The notes under the pieces: model-generated
Told to the model about the DNA's origin: nothing
The model's input: the letters and a program-made list of their open reading frames with translations, nothing else
Databases searched by the model: none
Shown here: positions 14,188 through 20,769 of the stretch, piece by piece
How the letters are laid out: every line of letters begins with the position of its first letter
Numbering within the stretch: the first letter of the stretch is position 1
Program-made: the position numbers and the translations under genes
DNA from: Candidatus Peribacteria bacterium
Lineage (GTDB): Bacteria; Patescibacteriota; Gracilibacteria; Peribacterales; Peribacteraceae
Length of the DNA: 20,769 nt
Assembly: GCA_041691135.1 (NCBI GenBank)
Contig: JBEPVF010000019.1
Location: 1-20,769, forward strand
Direction: 5' to 3'

Positions 14188-15477
14188 ATGAACTATTCCT
14201 GTACGGCGTATGAGCTGAAATGCAACGAGTGCGGAAAGCGGTTTGGCAACCAGCCCCTGTCCGCATGCCCCGATTGCCTGGCCCCCCTTGAAGTGGCCTA
14301 CGATCTGGAAGCAGCACGCGGTGTCTTTACCCGCGAAGCCATCGCAGCAGGTCCACCCAGCATCTGGCGCTACGCCGCTCTCCTGCCCATTCCCGCAGGC
14401 TACCAGCCCGACCTTCCTGTCGGCTTCACGCCTCTCATCAAGGCCAATAATCTCGGCAAGCGCATCGGCGCTACGAATCTCTATATCAAGAACGATGCCG
14501 TCTGCTTCCCGACCCTCAGTTTCAAGGACCGTGTCGTCTCTGTAGCTTTGGCAAATGCCCAGCGCTTCGGCTTTGATACCGTTGGCTGCTCATCCACCGG
14601 CAACCTGGCCAACTCGGTCGCCGCACAGGCCGCTCGTCTTGGCATCAAGGCTTGCATCCTCGTTCCGGCTGAACTCGAAGCCGCGAAGATCCTCAACACC
14701 CAGGTCTATGGCGCTCGTCTGGTCCGTATCGACGGCAACTACGACCACGTCAACCGTCTCTGCAGCCAGATTGCCGACGAGTACAACTGGGGCTTCGTCA
14801 ACGTCAATCTCCGCCCTTACTACGCCGAAGGCTCCAAGACGGTAGGCTACGAGATCGCTGAGAAGCTGGGCTGGCGTTTGCCCGACAACGTGATCGTTCC
14901 CATGGCAGGCGGCTCGCTCATCCGCAAGATCCGCAAGGCCTTCCAGGAACTCATCTACCTTGGTCTTGTAGAAGAGAAGCATGTCCGCTTCTTTGGCGCC
15001 CAGGCCACTGGCTGCTCGCCCATCTCCCAGGCCGTCAAGCTGGGGAATGACTTCATTGAACCTCAGCGGCCCAACACTATCGCTCGTTCCCTTGCGATCG
15101 GCAACCCTGCCGATGGTCCCGCCGCCTCGCAGATGATTCGGGCTACGGGAGGCTGGGCTGAAGATGTCTCCGATGTAGAACTCGTATCCGGTATGCAGGA
15201 GCTTGCAGAGACCGAAGGCATCTTCACGGAGACCGCCGGAGGCGTTACCACTGCCGTCACGGCTCGTCTCTACGCTCACGGACGGATCTCCCCCGACGAA
15301 CTCACTGTTGCCTGCATCACTGGCAACGGTCTTAAAACGACTGACGCGCTGTCCGGACACTATCGGGAAGAACGCGCCGTTCGCCCCCGTCTGGCTGACT
15401 TCGAGGCCTATCTGCGGGAGCTGGATGGCGCTGCCGAACCTGAACTGGCTGCCGTTGGAGGTACTCATGGCAATTAA
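14188..15477 (+). CDS. thrC: Threonine-synthase-like PLP enzyme with N-terminal zinc ribbon
   Basis: CNEC..CPDC, PTLSFKDR (PLP Lys), SSTGNLA, EGSKT and ITGNGLK. The actual substrate is uncertain (see findings). Confidence 0.8.
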   Translation: MNYSCTAYELKCNECGKRFGNQPLSACPDCLAPLEVAYDLEAARGVFTREAIAAGPPSIWRYAALLPIPAGYQPDLPVGFTPLIKANNLGKRIGATNLYIKNDAVCFPTLSFKDRVVSVALANAQRFGFDTVGCSSTGNLANSVAAQAARLGIKACILVPAELEAAKILNTQVYGARLVRIDGNYDHVNRLCSQIADEYNWGFVNVNLRPYYAEGSKTVGYEIAEKLGWRLPDNVIVPMAGGSLIRKIRKAFQELIYLGLVEEKHVRFFGAQATGCSPISQAVKLGNDFIEPQRPNTIARSLAIGNPADGPAASQMIRATGGWAEDVSDVELVSGMQELAETEGIFTETAGGVTTAVTARLYAHGRISPDELTVACITGNGLKTTDALSGHYREERAVRPRLADFEAYLRELDGAAEPELAAVGGTHGN

Positions 15478-15748
15478 AGTAACTCTTCCCGCTGCTTTCA
15501 CCCGCCATACCGATGGCCGCAAACAGTTCGACTCCGCTGCGGAGAATCTGCCCGCTCTCATCGCTGATATCGACCAGACGTTTCCCGCCCTGGGAACCCA
15601 GATCAAAGGCGATGACGGCAAGCTCCGCCGCTTCATCAACATTTATGTCAACGACGAGGATATTCGCTTCCTCGGCGGCGAGACCTACTCGTTTCAGGAT
15701 GGCGATGAGGTAATGCTGATTCCTTCGATTGCCGGTGGCACCGTCTAA
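15467..15748 (+). CDS. MoaD/ThiS/CysO-type ubiquitin-like sulfur carrier, 93 aa
   Basis: LRRFINIYVNDEDIRF..DGDEVMLIPSIAGG-TV. GGAGG RBS; overlaps the thrC end by 11 bp. Confidence 0.9.
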   Translation: MAIKVTLPAAFTRHTDGRKQFDSAAENLPALIADIDQTFPALGTQIKGDDGKLRRFINIYVNDEDIRFLGGETYSFQDGDEVMLIPSIAGGTV

Positions 15749-15768
15749 ACGATCTAACGCCATGCTAA

Positions 15769-15811
15769 AAGACATAGGGTGGCCAGAAGACTTCTGGCCA
15801 CCCTATGTCTT
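15769..15811. terminator. 43-bp near-perfect palindrome after the thrC-carrier operon
   Basis: 21-bp arms AAGACATAGGGTGGCCAGAAG / CTTCTGGCCACCCTATGTCTT with a 1-nt centre. Confidence 0.65.
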
Positions 15812-15938
15812 CTATGTCAAAAATAGCCCATGTCACATTCATTCGCTGTCGATACAACGGATAAGACTATTCATGGCTCTTATCACGTGTAACCTTCGCG
15901 CCTGACGCGATACATCGAAGAAGAAAGAAGGACTATCA

Positions 15939-16088
15939 ATGTTTCTGATATTGGCCGTGGTGCTGATCATTCTATGGCTGGGCGGATTTTTCGTCCTGCA
16001 TATAAGCAGCTTCCTGATTCACCTGCTTATCATTTTCGCTGTCATCTCTTTCATCATGCACTTTGTGACTGGAAAGCGATCAGCCTGA
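15939..16088 (+). CDS. Small membrane protein, 49 aa (lmo0937/DUF5670-like)
   Basis: Hand translation MFLILAVVLIILWLGGFFVLHISSFLIHLLIIFAVISFIMHFVTGKRSA, with AAGGA RBS. LWL.G..IHLL..A is typical of the family. Below the ORF-track cutoff. Confidence 0.8.
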   Translation: MFLILAVVLIILWLGGFFVLHISSFLIHLLIIFAVISFIMHFVTGKRSA

Positions 16089-16110
16089 CCTGCATTCTTT
16101 AGCCATAAAA

Positions 16111-16143
16111 TTGAAGGCCGAGCCAGTTAGGCTCGGCCTTCAA
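16111..16143. terminator. Hairpin between the convergent small gene and lon
   Basis: 14-bp stem TTGAAGGCCGAGCC/GGCTCGGCCTTCAA, with TTTT following on the - strand. Confidence 0.75.
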
Positions 16144-16161
16144 ATATTGCTTGGCATGTTC

Positions 16162-18585
16162 TTATTGGTGAGCGATCGGTTGCGCTGTATCGATGCTCGG
16201 CGGTGGTACAGGAGTCAGACCGCTTGGAGTTTCTTCTCGCAGTTCAGGCAGCTTCTCTTCAAGCGCTATCTGGAGCACCTGATCCATCTCCTCTACGAAA
16301 TGGAGCTTCATAGAAGTCTTCAAAAGCTCCGGCAGTTCGGCCAGATCTTTTCGGTTGTCTTCTGGAAGAATTGCCTCAAAGATGCCTGCGCGATGTGCCG
16401 CGAGCAGCTTCTCTTTGAGTCCGCCAATAGGAAGTACCTTGCCGCGTAGTGTAATCTCTCCGGTCATGGCGATATCGCGACGCACCTTGATCTTGGTCAG
16501 CGCACTGGCCAAGCCGGTAGCGAGAGTGATGCCCGCCGATGGCCCGTCCTTGGGAATAGCTCCTTCCGGCACATGGACGTGAATGTCGACGTTCCGATAG
16601 AAGTCCTTTGGCAATCCAAGATGATTTGCCCGCGACCGTATGTAACTCAACGCGGCCTGGGCCGACTCCTGCATCACATCGCCAAGCTGTCCGGTGGCAG
16701 TCATTTTGCCTTTACCATCCAGCACTTGTACTTCGGTCTGCAGAATAGTGCCGCCCATCTCGGTCCAGGCAAGGCCTGTTACCAGGCCAACTTCGCTCTT
16801 TTCGTGGACTTGAGAATCGCGGAACTTTGCCACGCCCAGAATCTCGCCGATATTCTCCCCGGTTACGGTCTCCTGATGCTTGGCCCCATTCTTCACAACG
16901 CGCCGCGCAATCTTGCGGCACACATTGCCGATCTCGCGCTCGAGATTTCGTACGCCAGCTTCACGCGTGTATCCACGAATGATCTGCCGCAGAGCATCAT
17001 CTTCAAAGGTGGCTTGGTTCTCAGCTAAGCCTGTACCTTCGCGTTGCTTCTTGACCAGATATTGCTTGGCGATCTCCAGCTTTTCGAGTTCGGTATAACC
17101 GTGCAGCCGCAAAATCTCCATACGGTCCTGCAACGGGCCGGGAATCGTGTGCAAGACATTTGCAGTTGCGACGAAGAGCACCTGCGAGAGGTCATACTCT
17201 ACGTCGAGATAGTGGTCCTGAAATGAGGAATTTTGCTCGGGGTCCAAAACCTCAAGCAGGGCGCTGGCCGGATCGCCCCTGAAGTCCGAAGCCATCTTGT
17301 CGATCTCATCCAGCATGAATACCGGATTCTTCGTACCAGCCTTTTTCATCGACTGGATAATCTGACCAGGCAAGGCGCCGATGTAAGTACGGCGGTGGCC
17401 TCGGATCTCAGCTTCATCCCTTACTCCACCAAGCGACATGCGCACAAACTTGCGACCTGTTGCCTTGGCAATCGACATTCCAAGAGAAGTCTTGCCTACG
17501 CCGGGAGGCCCGACAAAGCACAGGATAGAACCCTTCGGATTCTTGACCAACTGCCGCACAGCCAGAAATTCGAGAATCCGTTCCTTGATTTTCTCTAAGC
17601 CATAATGATCTTCATTGAGAATTTGCTCGGCGTGTTCGATCGAGCGAATCTCCTTCGATCGCTTCTTCCACGGCACTGCCAACAGCCAGTCAAGATAGTT
17701 GCGCGAGACGGTGGACTCAGCCGACATCGGCGGCATGGCCTCAAGCTTCTTCAACTCCAGAAGAGATTTCTCGAGGACATCCTTCGGCATGCCAGCCGCT
17801 TCAATCTTCTTCTTCAGCTCATCGAACTCGGACTTTTCTCCGCGACCAAGTTCTTTCTGAATCGCCTTGATCTTCTCGTTGAGGTAGTACTCTTTCTGTG
17901 CCTTTTCCATCTGTCTCTTGACGCGAGACTGGATGGTGCGGTCCATGTTCAACTTCTCGATGGCAAGATCGAGGACGTCCGCGACTCGCGATAGACGCAT
18001 CTCCGGGTCGAACACCTCTAACAACTGCTGCTTCTCTTCGATGGACAGTTGCAGGTTTGCTGCAATCGTATCCGCCAGCTTCGCCGGCTCATCGGCACGG
18101 ACGCTTGCGGCCATAGTTTCGTAGTTCAAGGATTGTTGCAGCTTCACATACTGCTCAAACAGGGTATGGACCCGCTGCATCAATTGTTCCACCTGAGGGG
18201 TCAGTTCGAGGTGCGTCTGTCCGGTTCGCACGGTTGCAACCAAAAATCCATCATTATCGTTGATGGCCGTCGCTCGCGCCCGCTCTATTCCTTCTACGAG
18301 TACCTTGATGTTTCCATCAGGCATCTTGACGCTCTGAACGATATTGCCGATGGTGCCCGTCTCGTAGATATCATCGATGTTCGGCTCATCGATGGAAGCG
18401 TCGTGCTGGGTCGCCAGAAAGATCTTCCGGTCGCCCGACAATGCCTCTTCGAGCGCCCGCACGCTGGATTCGCGACCCACGACAAACGGAGTCATCATGT
18501 GCGGGAAGATGACCATGTCGCGAATGGGCATCATGGGCAGTTTGCGTACTTCGCCGTTCAACGTCTCTTTGGTTGGATTAGTCAT
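16162..18585 (-). CDS. lon: ATP-dependent Lon protease
   Basis: [22 protein letters not shown] (Ser) and GGLKEK (Lys). Start placed at 18585 by AGGGAG spacing (18588 is the alternative). Confidence 0.97.
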   Translation of the reverse strand: MTNPTKETLNGEVRKLPMMPIRDMVIFPHMMTPFVVGRESSVRALEEALSGDRKIFLATQHDASIDEPNIDDIYETGTIGNIVQSVKMPDGNIKVLVEGIERARATAINDNDGFLVATVRTGQTHLELTPQVEQLMQRVHTLFEQYVKLQQSLNYETMAASVRADEPAKLADTIAANLQLSIEEKQQLLEVFDPEMRLSRVADVLDLAIEKLNMDRTIQSRVKRQMEKAQKEYYLNEKIKAIQKELGRGEKSEFDELKKKIEAAGMPKDVLEKSLLELKKLEAMPPMSAESTVSRNYLDWLLAVPWKKRSKEIRSIEHAEQILNEDHYGLEKIKERILEFLAVRQLVKNPKGSILCFVGPPGVGKTSLGMSIAKATGRKFVRMSLGGVRDEAEIRGHRRTYIGALPGQIIQSMKKAGTKNPVFMLDEIDKMASDFRGDPASALLEVLDPEQNSSFQDHYLDVEYDLSQVLFVATANVLHTIPGPLQDRMEILRLHGYTELEKLEIAKQYLVKKQREGTGLAENQATFEDDALRQIIRGYTREAGVRNLEREIGNVCRKIARRVVKNGAKHQETVTGENIGEILGVAKFRDSQVHEKSEVGLVTGLAWTEMGGTILQTEVQVLDGKGKMTATGQLGDVMQESAQAALSYIRSRANHLGLPKDFYRNVDIHVHVPEGAIPKDGPSAGITLATGLASALTKIKVRRDIAMTGEITLRGKVLPIGGLKEKLLAAHRAGIFEAILPEDNRKDLAELPELLKTSMKLHFVEEMDQVLQIALEEKLPELREETPSGLTPVPPPSIDTAQPIAHQ

Positions 18586-18770
18586 CATGCTCCCTATTAG
18601 ACGTCCGCCCGCGCGCAACGGTGCAAGCGCGCCACAGGCTTTGAGTGATTGTAAATGGCCGCGGATTGGAGAATGAATTGCCTCCGAAAAATGGAAAGGT
18701 ACACATCACCCATTTTCCCGAAAACAGACCTCAAACGGAGTGCTGGAGATAGTGGACCTCGTTTGAAGCC

Positions 18771-20057
<1,287 letters not shown>

Positions 20058-20172
20058 AAGTACGGCAACTCCTGGTAATCTGTGCAAAAGGTATAAACAG
20101 AAGTTTACACCTGATTTATCCTGCAAACCGTAGCTGGAGGTGCCGGACGCTATACATCGAATTGGGGATAAA

Positions 20173-20208
20173 GCAAGGAAGCCCGGACCAATGGCCCGGG
20201 CTCGCTTG
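20173..20208 (-). terminator. Imperfect hairpin between clpP and clpX
   Basis: GCAAG..AGCCCGG/CCGGGCT..CTTGC with a short TTT tail on the - strand. Confidence 0.4.
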
Positions 20209-20221
20209 CGTCCAAATTCAG

Positions 20222-20769
20222 TTAGGTTCGCGGTCTATCGATAATGTCGTCGATGATTCCGTATTCCTTCGACTGCGCCGCGGTCATAATAAAGTCCCGC
20301 TCCACATCGCGCTCGATTCGTTCCAGCGTCTGGCCGGTGCTGGCGCTCATCAGCTTATTCGTAATCTCCCGAATACGCAGAATCTCCCGAGCATGAATAT
20401 CGATATCGGTGGCCTGTCCACTCAGCCCACCCATCGATGGCTGGTGAATCAGGATTCGCGAGTTTGGCAGGGCAAACCGCTTGCCCTTTTTGCCGGCCAT
20501 CAGCAGGAAAGCGCCCATGCTGGCTGCCTGACCAATGCAGAACGTCACAACATCGTTCTTGATGTACTGCATGGTGTCGTAGATGGCGAGCCCCGCAGTG
20601 ATCGATCCGCCCGGAGAGTTGATATAGAGCTGAATGTCCTTCTCCGGGTCCTCGCCGCTCAGAAACAGCATTTGCGCAATGATCACATTCGCAATGTTGT
20701 CATCGATCGGTGTGCCCAGAAAAATGATGTTGTCGCGCAGCAGACGGCTGTAGATGTCGTAGGCGCGTT
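20222..20769 (-). CDS. clpP: Clp protease proteolytic subunit (5' end outside the window)
   Basis: The frame is open to the window edge ([18 protein letters not shown]); YINSPGG, GQAASMG (Ser) and ILIHQP (His). Confidence 0.97.
   Translation of the reverse strand, partial: RAYDIYSRLLRDNIIFLGTPIDDNIANVIIAQMLFLSGEDPEKDIQLYINSPGGSITAGLAIYDTMQYIKNDVVTFCIGQAASMGAFLLMAGKKGKRFALPNSRILIHQPSMGGLSGQATDIDIHAREILRIREITNKLMSASTGQTLERIERDVERDFIMTAAQSKEYGIIDDIIDRPRT

Noticed and set aside
14590-15642. 350-aa - strand ORF
   Set aside because: Antisense shadow of thrC and the sulfur carrier, with no motifs.
18728-18766. CIRCE operator upstream of lon
   Set aside because: Only a GAGTGCT half-site is present, inside a hairpin; there is no TTAGCACTC-N9 partner.

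Overview
Ordinary-GC bacterial chromosomal window. The gene repertoire and repeat style suggest an acidobacterium, which is inference only. In order: (1) a repeat-rich 550-bp non-coding stretch with a REP-like palindrome, a phased 29-bp array and a possible IS end. (2) A nitrogen-scavenging island. On the - strand are an outer-membrane porin, a glutamine-synthetase-family gene and a complete reductive pyrimidine pathway (beta-ureidopropionase-like nitrilase, preT, preA, hydA); on the + strand, divergent from these, are amt and PII. (3) A secreted molybdopterin-domain-like protein plus a LysR regulator, divergent from an orphan nuoI; both divergent genes have leaderless-type starts. (4) An atypical receiver-domain protein. 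(5) A covarying SAM-I riboswitch upstream of a threonine-synthase-like enzyme and a MoaD/CysO-type sulfur carrier ending GG-TV. (6) A 49-aa membrane protein absent from the ORF track. (7) The conserved clpP-clpX-lon cluster. The best leads are the SAM-controlled ThrC-like/thiocarrier pair, the porin-GS-pyrimidine/amt-PII island, and a dispersed non-coding element (hairpin plus 29-bp phased units) that occurs twice in the window.
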